The position numbers and the translations under genes are program-made. Shown one piece after another: positions 10,049-19,412 of a DNA stretch of 64,000 bases (position 1 is its first letter; each line of letters opens with the position of its first letter). Location: positions 33,119 through 97,118 of the forward strand of contig JAFZLD010000027.1 of the NCBI GenBank assembly GCA_017553505.1. Reading direction: 5' to 3'. The notes beneath the pieces are model-generated. The model ran no database searches. It worked only from the letters and a program-made list of their open reading frames with translations, and was not told the DNA's origin. The stretch comes from Lachnospiraceae bacterium (GTDB lineage: Bacteria > Bacillota > Clostridia > Lachnospirales > Lachnospiraceae).

Positions 10049-10887
10049 TAGTTAATCACCTGACATATCGTTACAACCCCGGTACGGCCATGGAGTCTAC
10101 CGCGCTTGACGATATCAACCTGAAAATTGAAGACGGCGAATTTATAGGCCTTATAGGCCACACAGGCTCCGGTAAGTCCACATTGGTGCAACAGCTTAAC
10201 GGTATACTTAAGCCCACTTCAGGGGGCGTATACGTGGACGGAGCGGATATCTCCGACGAAGGATACAACCTTAAGAAGCTTCGCGGCGAGGTCGGCCTCG
10301 TATTCCAGTATCCCGAGCATCAGCTTTTCGAGACCGATGTATTCTCCGACGTATGTTTCGGCCCCAAGAACTTAGGCCTTTCGAAAAAAGAAACCGAGCT
10401 TCGCGCCTACGAAGCCCTCAAGCAGGTAGGTATCGAAGATGACTACTTCTACCAGTCACCCTTCGACTTATCCGGCGGCCAGAAGCGTCGCGTGGCCATA
10501 GCAGGCGTACTTGCAATGAAGCCCAAGGTTCTTATCCTTGACGAGCCCACGGCAGGCCTCGACCCCAAGGGTCGCGACGAGCTTTTAGAAAAGCTCACAG
10601 CCATCCGCAAGGACACAGGATGCACCATAATCCTTGTATCCCACAGCATGGAAGACGTAGCCCGCTACGCCGACAGAATCGTAGTAATGCACAAGGGCAA
10701 GATTGCTTTTGACGACACACCGTCCGAAGTATTCAAGCACCGCGACGAGCTCAAGGAAATGGGCTTAGGTGTTCCGAACATCACCGAGACCATGTACGAG
10801 CTTAAAGCTGCAGGCTTCCCCGTATCCACCGACATTATCACCGTGGATACAGCGGTCAAAGAAATTTTGCGTGCTATGGGCAAATAA
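10039..10887 (+). CDS. ecfA2: ECF transporter ATPase component EcfA2
   Basis: [33 protein letters not shown]; overlaps ecfA1 by 10 nt. Confidence 0.85.
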   Translation: MSIIVNHLTYRYNPGTAMESTALDDINLKIEDGEFIGLIGHTGSGKSTLVQQLNGILKPTSGGVYVDGADISDEGYNLKKLRGEVGLVFQYPEHQLFETDVFSDVCFGPKNLGLSKKETELRAYEALKQVGIEDDYFYQSPFDLSGGQKRRVAIAGVLAMKPKVLILDEPTAGLDPKGRDELLEKLTAIRKDTGCTIILVSHSMEDVARYADRIVVMHKGKIAFDDTPSEVFKHRDELKEMGLGVPNITETMYELKAAGFPVSTDIITVDTAVKEILRAMGK

Positions 10888-10911
10888 TTCCGCACGCTTA
10901 CAGAGGTAACA

Positions 10912-11715
10912 ATGCTTAGAGACATAACACTGGGCCAGTATTACCCCTCAGATTCGGTAATACACAGACTTGACCCAAGAGTTAAATTGATGGGAACGCT
11001 GATTTTCCTAACTTCCCTCTTTATCACCAAATCCTTCTACGGATACATACCCGCGATTTTATTTCTTTTTATGGTAATTAAACTATCGAAGGTTCCGTTT
11101 TCCTTCATGGTACGCGGTATGAAGGCAATCGCTTTTCTGCTTGCTTTTTCCGTAATACTTAACCTGTTCCTGACACAGGGCGAGGTGATATTCGAGTTTT
11201 GGAAGCTTAAGATTACCAAAGAAGGCATCTACACCGCCGGATTCATGGCGATAAGGCTGTCCTTCCTGATAATCGGCTCATCCATCATGACACTCACCAC
11301 CACACCGAACAACCTAACCGATGGCTTAGAAAAGGGCCTCGGCTTCCTCAAGATAATACACGTACCCGTTCACGAAATCTCGATGATGATGTCCATCGCC
11401 CTTCGTTTCATCCCCATCCTCATGGAGGAGACGGACAAGATCATGAAGGCTCAGATGGCCCGCGGCGCAGATTTTGAGAGCGGCAACATGTTTAAGCGTG
11501 TCAAGAGCCTCGTGCCCTTACTGGTACCGCTCTTCGTATCGGCTTTCAGACGCGCCAATGACCTTGCAATGGCCATGGAGGCCCGCTGCTACAGAGGCGG
11601 CGAAGGTCGTACCAAGATGAAACCCCTTAAATACAAGAAACGCGACGCAATCGGCTACCTGGTACTGGTTCTTTACCTCGGTATCATCATAGCCCTTCGC
11701 ATCCTTTTGAAATAA
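10912..11715 (+). CDS. ecfT: ECF transporter transmembrane component EcfT
   Basis: 267-aa polytopic protein; ARGADFESG...RRANDLAMAMEARCY (the two Ala-Arg-Gly type coupling motifs). Confidence 0.85.
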   Translation: MLRDITLGQYYPSDSVIHRLDPRVKLMGTLIFLTSLFITKSFYGYIPAILFLFMVIKLSKVPFSFMVRGMKAIAFLLAFSVILNLFLTQGEVIFEFWKLKITKEGIYTAGFMAIRLSFLIIGSSIMTLTTTPNNLTDGLEKGLGFLKIIHVPVHEISMMMSIALRFIPILMEETDKIMKAQMARGADFESGNMFKRVKSLVPLLVPLFVSAFRRANDLAMAMEARCYRGGEGRTKMKPLKYKKRDAIGYLVLVLYLGIIIALRILLK

Positions 11716-11731
11716 TTATCGGTAAAAGAAA

Positions 11732-12478
11732 ATGAAACGAGTTCTTATGTGCGTATCCTACGACGGCACAGCCTACAGCGGCTGGCAGGTTCAGGATAAC
11801 GCCCGCACCATCGAAGGAGAACTTAATAAAGCACTTACGGATCTTACGGGCACCCCTACGGAAGTTATAGGAGCGAGCCGCACCGACGCAGGCGTTCACA
11901 GCCTTGCCAGCATGTGCGTGTTCGACACCGATATGCGGATGCCTGCCGACAAGTATTCTTTTGCCCTCAATACAAGACTTCCCGAGGACATCAGAGTCGT
12001 ATGGTCCAAAGAGGTGGCTGAGGACTTCCACCCGCGCCACGTTAATACTGTCAAGACCTACGAGTATCATATATACAATGCAGAGTTCTGCCCGCCTACA
12101 GAGCGCCTCTACGCGTTCCACGAGAGACGTCCCCTCGACATCAATCTCATGCAGGAAGGCGCAGCTTATCTTATCGGCGAGCACGACTTTAAGAGCTTTT
12201 GCAGCGTTAATACCACAGCTGAGACCACAATTCGTACCATCCTTGATATTAAGGTGAACCGAAACGGCGAGAAAGTCATTATCAGCGTCACCGGCACCGG
12301 CTTCCTGTACAATCAGGTCAGAATCATCGCCGGAACCCTCATGTGGGTCGGCCTCGGCATCAGAAAGCCTGAGGATGTTAAGGATATGCTGGAAGCTTTG
12401 GACCGCGAGGCAGCAGGCCCCACAGCACCTGCGCACGGGTTGCTTCTTAAGGTTTTTTCTTTTGCGGATGAGCCCTGA
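11732..12478 (+). CDS. truA: tRNA pseudouridine(38-40) synthase TruA
   Basis: VSYDGTAYSGWQVQ, GASRTDAGVHS (catalytic Asp), GTGFLYNQVRIIAG. Confidence 0.9.
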   Translation: MKRVLMCVSYDGTAYSGWQVQDNARTIEGELNKALTDLTGTPTEVIGASRTDAGVHSLASMCVFDTDMRMPADKYSFALNTRLPEDIRVVWSKEVAEDFHPRHVNTVKTYEYHIYNAEFCPPTERLYAFHERRPLDINLMQEGAAYLIGEHDFKSFCSVNTTAETTIRTILDIKVNRNGEKVIISVTGTGFLYNQVRIIAGTLMWVGLGIRKPEDVKDMLEALDREAAGPTAPAHGLLLKVFSFADEP

Positions 12479-12507
12479 TTTTTTCTCTCTGCAAAAGCAA
12501 ATTTTGC

Positions 12508-12536
12508 TTGACAGCACAGAGTCTCAAGGCTATAAT
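12508..12536 (+). promoter_or_regulatory. consensus sigma-A promoter for rplM-rpsI (TTGACA-17-TATAAT)
   Basis: TTGACA 12508-12513, exactly 17-nt spacer, TATAAT 12531-12536. Confidence 0.7.
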
Positions 12537-12542
12537 GTCTTA

Positions 12543-12635
12543 GTGTGCGACGAGTTTACTATGCCCAGCCATAGCCCCGGTAAGGCATATGAACATAGAT
12601 TTACACAGTAGTTGAATTTTTATGGAGGAAATATC
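12543..12635 (+). promoter_or_regulatory. ~90-nt 5' leader of rplM (candidate L13-type r-protein leader)
   Basis: Untranslated leader between the consensus promoter and the rplM RBS; contains the TATGCC-N18-GGCATA hairpin; I cannot verify a match to the Rfam L13 leader by eye. Confidence 0.3.
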
Positions 12636-13064
12636 ATGAAAACATTTATGGCAAATCCCGATACCATCGAGAGAAAATGGTATGTGGTTGACGCTACAGA
12701 TAAGACTCTCGGACGCCTTGCATCTGAAGTTGCTAAGGTTTTAAGAGGCAAGAATAAAGCAATTTTTACTCCTCATGTTGATACCGGCGATTATGTAATC
12801 GTTGTTAACGCTGAGAAGATTTCCGTTACAGGTAAGAAGATGGAGCAGAAGACATACTTCCGTCACTCCGATTATGTAGGCGGCGTACGTACCATGCCTT
12901 TATCAGAGAAGCTCGCTACCAAGCCTGAAGAAGTTATCGAAATCGCAGTTAAGGGTATGCTTCCCAAGGGACCTCTTGGACGTCAGATGGGCAAGAAGCT
13001 TTTTGTTTACGCAGGACCCGATCACAAGCACGAAGCTCAGAAACCTGAAGTATTAACATTCTAA
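12636..13064 (+). CDS. rplM: 50S ribosomal protein L13 (uL13)
   Basis: Start at [30 protein letters not shown] (ATG 12636, GGAGG at 12624). Confidence 0.95.
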   Translation: MKTFMANPDTIERKWYVVDATDKTLGRLASEVAKVLRGKNKAIFTPHVDTGDYVIVVNAEKISVTGKKMEQKTYFRHSDYVGGVRTMPLSEKLATKPEEVIEIAVKGMLPKGPLGRQMGKKLFVYAGPDHKHEAQKPEVLTF

Positions 13065-13088
13065 GAGGACTGAAAGGAGATTACCATA

Positions 13089-13496
13089 ATGGCTAAGAAA
13101 GCTACTAAAGCAGCTAAATTCTACGGAACCGGCAGAAGAAAGTCTTCCGTTGCAAGAGTATATTTAGTACCCGGTAAGGGCACAATCACTATCAACAAGA
13201 GAGACATCGATGAGTACTTCGGTCTTGAGACCCTCAAGGTTATCGTTCGTCAGCCCCTTGTTGCTACAGAGAACGTTGACAAGTACGATGTAATCGTTAC
13301 CGTTAAGGGTGGCGGATTCACCGGCCAGGCAGGCGCTATCAGACATGGTATCGCTCGTGCATTACTTACTGTTGATGCAGACTTCAGACCTGTACTTAAG
13401 AAAGCAGGCTTCTTAACAAGAGACCCTCGTATGAAGGAAAGAAAGAAATACGGCTTAAAGGCAGCAAGACGCGCACCTCAGTTCTCAAAGAGATAA
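13089..13496 (+). CDS. rpsI: 30S ribosomal protein S9 (uS9)
   Basis: [19 protein letters not shown] and C-terminal [26 protein letters not shown]. Confidence 0.95.
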   Translation: MAKKATKAAKFYGTGRRKSSVARVYLVPGKGTITINKRDIDEYFGLETLKVIVRQPLVATENVDKYDVIVTVKGGGFTGQAGAIRHGIARALLTVDADFRPVLKKAGFLTRDPRMKERKKYGLKAARRAPQFSKR

Positions 13497-13510
13497 CGAA
13501 AGCCAAAACC

Positions 13511-13545
13511 AACCCTCGCTTGGAATACAGCGAGGGTTTTTCTTT
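13511..13545 (+). terminator. intrinsic terminator after rpsI
   Basis: AACCCTCGCT-N8-AGCGAGGGTT followed by TTTCTTTT. Confidence 0.85.
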
Positions 13546-13627
13546 TGCCCGAATATATGTGTTATAATTATGCACAAACGATATTAAATTCGGGTTTTAT
13601 TATAATAGACCGTAGGAGGGCGCAGGC

Positions 13628-14173
13628 ATGATTCTTTATCACGCAGGATTTGAAATCATAAAAGAACCTGACATTCACCATGGGCGTAAGAATGCTGATT
13701 TCGGGCAGGGCTTCTATACCACCTCCGATGAGGAATTTGCCAAGCGCTGGGCGAGAAGCGCCAAGGGCTCAGAATCTATAGTTAATAAATACGAACTGGA
13801 CACCGAAGCCCTGACTATAAAGCGCTTTGAACGAGACGCCGAGTGGTTTGAATACATTTATGGTAATCGTAACCTTAAGCCGGATAAGCTTGCGGCAGAC
13901 GTAATCATCGGCCCCATAGCCAACGATACGATATTTAACACGCTCGGCATCACCACAGGCGGATTCTTAGAGCCTGAGGAGGCCATGCAGCTTCTTTGGG
14001 TGGGACCCGAGTATACGCAAGTAACGCTTAAGACTGAGGCGGCGGTGAGTCACCTTAAGTGGCTGGGCTCGTATACGTTGTCTTTCGAAGAGTTGGATAG
14101 ATACAAAGAGCAGCTTATAGACGAAGAAAAAGAATATCAGAGTGCGCTTGCACGGCAACTTACCCACTTATAA
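13628..14173 (+). CDS. DUF3990-like protein (function unknown)
   Basis: 181 aa; the N-terminus ILYHAGFEIIKEPDIHHGRKNADFGQGFYTT...AKRWA resembles my recollection of the DUF3990 family; not verified by search. Confidence 0.6.
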   Translation: MILYHAGFEIIKEPDIHHGRKNADFGQGFYTTSDEEFAKRWARSAKGSESIVNKYELDTEALTIKRFERDAEWFEYIYGNRNLKPDKLAADVIIGPIANDTIFNTLGITTGGFLEPEEAMQLLWVGPEYTQVTLKTEAAVSHLKWLGSYTLSFEELDRYKEQLIDEEKEYQSALARQLTHL

Positions 14174-14187
14174 CAAGTGGGTTTTTG
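14163..14187 (+). terminator. intrinsic terminator overlapping the stop codon of the DUF3990-like gene
   Basis: CCCACTT-ATAAC-AAGTGGG followed by TTTTT. Confidence 0.7.
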
Positions 14188-14259
14188 CACTTTAGCAGAT
14201 TGATGTGATATAATCACAGAAAGGTACTTACATGAGTTGGGGCTTGCGGGAGGTTTAAC

Positions 14260-14475
14260 ATGGGCGCAAACAGTCGTCTTAAGAAGAGGAAAAGATACTA
14301 TCCGGGATATCTGATTGCTACGGGTGAGGGATTTTTATTTGGCATTATCGTTCCTGCAATTACGGTTATCGGCTATTTAATTGTACGGTATACCGGTATC
14401 TGGTGGCTTCCGATATTTACCACACTTTTGGTCGGGCTTGGCGTGCCGGCGACATACGCACGGCCGAGAAGGTGA
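14260..14475 (+). CDS. small hypothetical membrane protein (71 aa, two predicted helices)
   Basis: GGAGG upstream; hydrophobic segments GFLFGIIVPAITVIGYLIV and WWLPIFTTLLVGLGVPA; no family recognised. Confidence 0.35.
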   Translation: MGANSRLKKRKRYYPGYLIATGEGFLFGIIVPAITVIGYLIVRYTGIWWLPIFTTLLVGLGVPATYARPRR

Positions 14476-14596
14476 GCCGTGATAAGAAGGAGCTCAAAAT
14501 CAGCTTGTATGAACTCGGATACATTAAGGAAGAAGAGCTGCGAGAGATTTATTGATTAAAGATTAAGGACTTGCATAACTGCAAGACGGGAAATAT

Positions 14597-15535
14597 ATGA
14601 ACTTTACAGATGCATTGGAGAAGGGTAACCTTGAGGCGATTCGTGAGTGCCCCAAGGCTGATTTGCACAATCACTTTGTGCTCGGCGGAAGCCGGAAATA
14701 TTTGAAAGAACAGACGGGCAGAGACATTCACCCGATTACAGAGCCACTGCATTCCATGAATGATATGCATGCGTGGAATGGGCAGAATATAGGTAATTAC
14801 TTTGACACACCCGAAGGTCGCAGGCTGCTTATAAAGGCTACCTTTACCCAAGCCAAAGAAGACGGCGTTACCATCCTTGAAATCGGTGAAGATGTGTGGG
14901 GGCTGGGCGCTTTCTTTGGTGGAAATATTGATGAACTGGCAGAGGCGTTTGAATCCGCTCATAAGGAGATTGCGCCGGAGATTGAGCTCAGGCTTCAGAT
15001 AGGTATGTCGCGACATTGCGATATAGCGTATTTGGAAGACTGCCTGTCGCACTTCTGGGGATGTAAGGCGTTTTATTCTATAGACTTGTACGGCGACGAG
15101 CTTGCGCAACCCATAGAGAACTTCATACCCATTTACAGGCGTGCTAAGACCGAAGGACTCAGGCTTAAGGCTCATGTGGGAGAATGGGGCACGGCAGAGG
15201 ATGTACGCAGGGCTGTGGAGTGCCTGGAGCTCGACGAAGTGCAGCACGGAATCGCAGCGGCGACAGACCCTTCGGTAGTCCGCTTCCTGGCAGATAATAA
15301 GATACGTCTGAATATCACGCCGACCAGCAATTATCTACTCGGACGGGTGCAGGATTTGAAGGACCATCCCATCGCCGAGCTCTACCGAAACGGTGTAGAT
15401 GTGACCATTAATTCCGACGACGTACTAATCTTTGACTCGGATGTTTCCAAGGAGTACCTGCGCCTGTATCAATCGGGCTGCCTGACGGCTTCGGAACTTG
15501 ACGATATCAGAAAAAACGGCTTAAAAAAGATTTGA
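14597..15535 (+). CDS. adenosine/adenine deaminase family metallohydrolase
   Basis: 312 aa; KADLHNHFVLGGS (HxH metal motif), LKAHVGEWG, TINSDDVLIFD (terminal Asp-Asp motif). Confidence 0.75.
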   Translation: MNFTDALEKGNLEAIRECPKADLHNHFVLGGSRKYLKEQTGRDIHPITEPLHSMNDMHAWNGQNIGNYFDTPEGRRLLIKATFTQAKEDGVTILEIGEDVWGLGAFFGGNIDELAEAFESAHKEIAPEIELRLQIGMSRHCDIAYLEDCLSHFWGCKAFYSIDLYGDELAQPIENFIPIYRRAKTEGLRLKAHVGEWGTAEDVRRAVECLELDEVQHGIAAATDPSVVRFLADNKIRLNITPTSNYLLGRVQDLKDHPIAELYRNGVDVTINSDDVLIFDSDVSKEYLRLYQSGCLTASELDDIRKNGLKKI

Positions 15536-15561
15536 GGTGTCGACATGACACCTCTTTTTTG
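15534..15561 (+). terminator. intrinsic terminator after the deaminase gene
   Basis: GAGGTGTC-GACAT-GACACCTC followed by TTTTTT. Confidence 0.85.
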
Positions 15562-15657
15562 TGCCCCAAAAAGACCTGCGCAATTGCCTATTGATATAAT
15601 AGGTAAAAGAATATATAATAAGAAAAATTAATCACCGGCGAACAGAGGGCACTATCC

Positions 15658-16563
15658 ATGAATATCAATCAGCTTAAATATGTTCTTGAAGTTGCGGCAT
15701 CGTCGTCCATGCGTGAGGCCGCTACCAGGCTTTTTGTAACGCAGCCTGCATTATCTGCAAGCATCAGAGAACTGGAAGAGGAACTTGGTATCCACATATT
15801 TAACAGGACAAATAAAGGTATTTCGCTTACTCCCGAAGGACGCGAGTTTATTGTCTATGCCAAAAAGTCGGTGGGACAGTACGCAATACTTGAGGACAGA
15901 TATTTATCGGCCAACAGAAACAGAGAGAGATTCTCGGTATCGACGCAACATTATAATTTCGCGATACGTTCTTTTACCGAGGTAATCAGGAAGTTCAGCC
16001 CGGAGAAGTTTCTTTTTTCGATACATGAGACGAAGACCAGAGATGTGCTGGAGCATGTTAGAGATATGAAGAGCGAGGTCGGAATAGTGTCGTATTCGAG
16101 CGCCAATGAAGCTGTGCTTAAAAAACTTTTGAAGGAGTATCAGCTCGACTTTGTACCGCTTATGACTCGTGCGGCATACGCGTATGTGTGGAAGGATCAC
16201 CCGTATGCGGGCAGGGACGTGGTTTCGCTTGAAGAATTAAAGAAGTTTCCCTGCGTAGCCTTCGACCAGAGCGATGACAGCAATTTCTATTTAACGGAAG
16301 AAGCGATGGCGGATTATGACTTTGAGAAAATGATTCGCTCGGACGACAGAGCCACCACCATGGAGATTCTGGCAGAGCTAAACGGCTACTCCATAGGCTC
16401 AGGCATGCTTTCGGGGGATGACGTAATACTGCAAGGTCTTACGGCCATCAAGCTCAAAGAAGAAGATCCGCTTATCATCGGCTACATCACGAGAAGCGGC
16501 GCCGAACTGTCCAAGTACGGTCAGGAATACGTAAATGACCTGCAGAGATTTCGCGAGATATAG
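15658..16563 (+). CDS. LysR-family transcriptional regulator
   Basis: 301 aa; N-terminal wHTH MNINQLKYVLEVAASSSMREAATRLFVTQPALSASIRELEEELG plus a LysR substrate-binding-type C-terminus. Confidence 0.9.
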   Translation: MNINQLKYVLEVAASSSMREAATRLFVTQPALSASIRELEEELGIHIFNRTNKGISLTPEGREFIVYAKKSVGQYAILEDRYLSANRNRERFSVSTQHYNFAIRSFTEVIRKFSPEKFLFSIHETKTRDVLEHVRDMKSEVGIVSYSSANEAVLKKLLKEYQLDFVPLMTRAAYAYVWKDHPYAGRDVVSLEELKKFPCVAFDQSDDSNFYLTEEAMADYDFEKMIRSDDRATTMEILAELNGYSIGSGMLSGDDVILQGLTAIKLKEEDPLIIGYITRSGAELSKYGQEYVNDLQRFREI

Positions 16564-16588
16564 AAAGAAAAGTACGTGACAAACTGAC

Positions 16589-16630
16589 ATCCTCGGTGAT
16601 AACCGCAACTTATCGCCGAGGATTAATTTT
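16589..16630 (+). terminator. intrinsic terminator after the LysR gene
   Basis: ATCCTCGGTGATAA-CCGCAAC-TTATCGCCGAGGAT (14-bp stem with one G-U) followed by TAATTTT. Confidence 0.75.
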
Positions 16631-16743
16631 ACAGAATTTTCAAACTCGGAGTACAAGTGTATTATAAATCCAACGGGTGAGGCAATCACCCACACAGCGG
16701 TTGATACAGCCGCCACCGAATCTACAGAAAGGAAGAAGAAAAG

Positions 16744-16854
16744 ATGAAGACTATGACTATGAGACGAATGTACGGTATGTGCTGTGGCATGTGTTGTTGT
16801 ATAGACCAATCGAATAAACCCGGAGATAAACGTCTCAAATCAGTTACCTTGTAA
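16744..16854 (+). CDS. candidate Met/Cys-rich leader peptide (36 codons)
   Basis: Hand translation gives MKTMTMRRMYGMCCGMCCCIDQSNKPGDKRLKSVTL. AGGAAG-type RBS at 16730-16737. 6 Met and 5 Cys fall in the first 19 codons and none afterwards. Below the ORF-track length cutoff. Confidence 0.5.
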   Translation: MKTMTMRRMYGMCCGMCCCIDQSNKPGDKRLKSVTL

Positions 16855-16893
16855 TCCGAAAGAAGGATTATTGTTAATATGCAATTTTAAGGT

Positions 16894-16920
16894 GTCTGCG
16901 AGAGCGCAGACTATTTTTTT
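16894..16920 (+). terminator. intrinsic terminator in the operon leader (candidate attenuator)
   Basis: GTCTGCG-AGAG-CGCAGAC followed by TATTTTTTT; lies 40 nt after the uORF stop and 46 nt before the ATG of the binding-protein gene. Confidence 0.8.
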
Positions 16921-16966
16921 GCACTTTTTTAGGAAAAATAACACAGAACAGAGAGGATTAAGAATC

Positions 16967-17917
16967 ATGAAAAAATCAATTATCAAAAAGTTTTTGGCAG
17001 CAACAGTACTTGCAAGCGTGGTATTAACAGGATGCGGAAAGGCTTCCGATACCAAGGAGACAGCAAGTAACTCAGGATCCACCGAAGTAATCGGAGCATC
17101 CACAGAAGCATCCGTTGAAGCTTCCGCAGAAGGAACAGACGGCGTAAGAAAAATCGTAGTATCTCACTCCGCAGCATCATGGCCTTACAATGTACTTACC
17201 GCTGAAGGCGAGAGCGACGGTTACGAAGTAGCCGTACTTAAGGCGGTTGACGAGCTCCTTCCCCAGTACGAGTTCGTATTTGAAGCAACAGGCGACGACA
17301 GTGACCTTTTAATCGGTGTTCAGACCGGTAAGTACCAGATCGGTACCAAGGGCGCATGGTGGACAGAGGATCGTTCCACTAAGTACCTCTTCCCCGAGCA
17401 CTACATCGCAGCATCCGTAACAGGTATCGCATTCAGAACAGAGAACGCAGATAAGATTAAGGATATGCAGTCATTTGCCGATTTCTCAGGCTTGCTTGTA
17501 CCCCTTGCACCTCAGAACGCACAGTACACCATCATTGAGAACTACAACAAGAACAACCCCGATCATCAGATTATCTTAGAGCCCGCAGACAACTTCTCCA
17601 ACTCCGAGCAGTATCAGTGGGTACTTGAAGGAAGATATGATGCAGCATTCGTAATCCAGACTGCTTTCGGCGCTATCGTAGAAGCTGAAGACGGTGAATA
17701 TCATCAGTATGCAGACCAGCTTTCCTATGTTCCTTACGAAGCAATTCCTACCTATCCTTTATTCACCCTCGGCGAAGACGAGCTTGCTAAGGCTTATGAC
17801 GAAGCATGGGAGAAGCTCCTTGAGAACGGCACTCTTGCAGAACTTCAGGATAAGTACTTCGGCTTCAACGTATATGACCTCGTTCCCGAAGGATATCAGA
17901 TTGGCGACGAACTGTAA
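16967..17917 (+). CDS. amino-acid ABC transporter substrate-binding lipoprotein (family 3 SBP type)
   Basis: Start at MKKSIIKKFLAATVLASVVLTGCGKAS (lipobox LTGC), not the ORF-track TTG at 16871; first gene of the transporter set. Confidence 0.85.
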   Translation: MKKSIIKKFLAATVLASVVLTGCGKASDTKETASNSGSTEVIGASTEASVEASAEGTDGVRKIVVSHSAASWPYNVLTAEGESDGYEVAVLKAVDELLPQYEFVFEATGDDSDLLIGVQTGKYQIGTKGAWWTEDRSTKYLFPEHYIAASVTGIAFRTENADKIKDMQSFADFSGLLVPLAPQNAQYTIIENYNKNNPDHQIILEPADNFSNSEQYQWVLEGRYDAAFVIQTAFGAIVEAEDGEYHQYADQLSYVPYEAIPTYPLFTLGEDELAKAYDEAWEKLLENGTLAELQDKYFGFNVYDLVPEGYQIGDEL

Positions 17918-17961
17918 TCCGGATAATCAGGAAAATACATTGACTTGAAGGAGTAACTGCT

Positions 17962-18669
17962 ATGCATCCATTTCATCCGTCATACGTTTTTACAGTTTTG
18001 GTTCAACTGTTTCCATACATCGGCGTTACGCTCCTTATGATGCTTGGAACCGTAATTTTCGGCGGGGCAATCGGTATTCTTTTGGCCAAGGCGAAAATAA
18101 AAAGAAGAATAGTGCCGAGAGCGATTGCAGAGGTATATACATATCTTACAAGATGCGTCCCCTCAATCATAATGCTGTTTATCGTGTATTACGGTGTTCC
18201 GGCGCTGCTTCTTCAATTTGGAATCAACATTAACAACTTTAACAAAGGAGTATTCGTAATCACAGCTTTTTCAATACTCTTTGCTTCTAATCTTGGCGAA
18301 GTGTTCAGGGCTGCATACCTTGCAGTCGACCCCGGACAGAGAGAAGCCGCTGTATGTAGCGGCCTCTCCGAGTTCCAGGCCTTTTACAGAATCATCCTTC
18401 CGCAGGCGGCGGTTCACGCATTACCGAACTTTTCGAACATGCTTGTCAACCTCATGAAAGAAGGCGCGCTGGCATATTCCATCGGTCTTATCGATGTCAT
18501 GGGCGAAGGAAACCTGCTTATAGGAAGAAACCAGGGTTCTTACACCCTTGAAACATATCTTGGAATGGCCATCATCTACTGGGCACTCACATATGTAATT
18601 GAATTAATCTTCGGTAAGCTTGAAAAGAATCTTTCCAAAGGAAAGAAACACGCCACATCCGTTGCATAA
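17962..18669 (+). CDS. amino-acid ABC transporter permease (HisM/GlnP type)
   Basis: 235-aa polytopic protein; EAA-loop EAAVCSGLSEFQAFYRIILPQA. Confidence 0.88.
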   Translation: MHPFHPSYVFTVLVQLFPYIGVTLLMMLGTVIFGGAIGILLAKAKIKRRIVPRAIAEVYTYLTRCVPSIIMLFIVYYGVPALLLQFGININNFNKGVFVITAFSILFASNLGEVFRAAYLAVDPGQREAAVCSGLSEFQAFYRIILPQAAVHALPNFSNMLVNLMKEGALAYSIGLIDVMGEGNLLIGRNQGSYTLETYLGMAIIYWALTYVIELIFGKLEKNLSKGKKHATSVA

Positions 18670-18684
18670 AGAAAGGAATAACCC

Positions 18685-19398
18685 ATGAAATTAAACACAG
18701 AATTTATGAGGGAAACCTTCATTGCATCGCTTGGGGGTATACCGAAGACAATGCTGATAACGATTCTTACACTTCTTGTTTCCATACCGATTGCTTTTGC
18801 CATGGCATTATCAAAACTAGAGAACAAGAAAGTATCAAGCAAATTTGTTACCGCATACGTATCATTCATACGAGGGACGCCGATAGTGCTTCAGATACTG
18901 TTCATATACAGCCTGCTTCCCTCGACACTCAATCACTTAATCAAAGATGTTCTCGGACTTTCCGTAAACGTCTTTAAAATGAACAAGATTGTTTATGCAA
19001 TTATTGTTTTTTCGCTTAATAACATAGCTGTTCTTACAGAACTTTTCAGGTCGGCTCTCGGTACGGTCGGACATGGACAGATGGAAGCAGCCATGACGGT
19101 AGGCCTTACCAAGAGACAGGCTTACAGAAGAATAATCATCCCGCAGGCGCTTGTTGCGGCACTTCCGAACCTATGTAACACGGTAATCGGACTTATAAAG
19201 AACACATCTCTTGCCTTCTTAATGGCAGTGCAGGAGATTACCGCAATATCCAAGATGAAGGCAGCCGCCGGATACTATTACATCGAGGCTTACCTCATGA
19301 TTGCATTGATTTACATTATTGTATGTACCGTGGTGCAACTTCTTTTTGCACTGATTGAGCATCAATTATCGGCATACAAGAAGAGACTGGCTGTATAA
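18685..19398 (+). CDS. amino-acid ABC transporter permease (second subunit)
   Basis: 237 aa; EAA-loop [22 protein letters not shown]. Confidence 0.88.
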   Translation: MKLNTEFMRETFIASLGGIPKTMLITILTLLVSIPIAFAMALSKLENKKVSSKFVTAYVSFIRGTPIVLQILFIYSLLPSTLNHLIKDVLGLSVNVFKMNKIVYAIIVFSLNNIAVLTELFRSALGTVGHGQMEAAMTVGLTKRQAYRRIIIPQALVAALPNLCNTVIGLIKNTSLAFLMAVQEITAISKMKAAAGYYYIEAYLMIALIYIIVCTVVQLLFALIEHQLSAYKKRLAV

Positions 19399-19412
19399 CG
19401 GAGGAACTTAAT

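Noticed and set aside
11687-12517. 276-aa ORF on the minus strand
   Set aside because: It is antisense to truA, which carries all TruA motifs; shadow ORF.
14472-14555. 27-codon GTG ORF overlapping the stop of the 71-aa membrane protein gene
   Set aside because: There is no spacing between the SD-like sequence and the GTG, and no recognisable features. It cannot be distinguished from chance.
14549-15247. 232-aa ORF on the minus strand
   Set aside because: It is antisense to the adenosine deaminase-family gene; no motifs or RBS.
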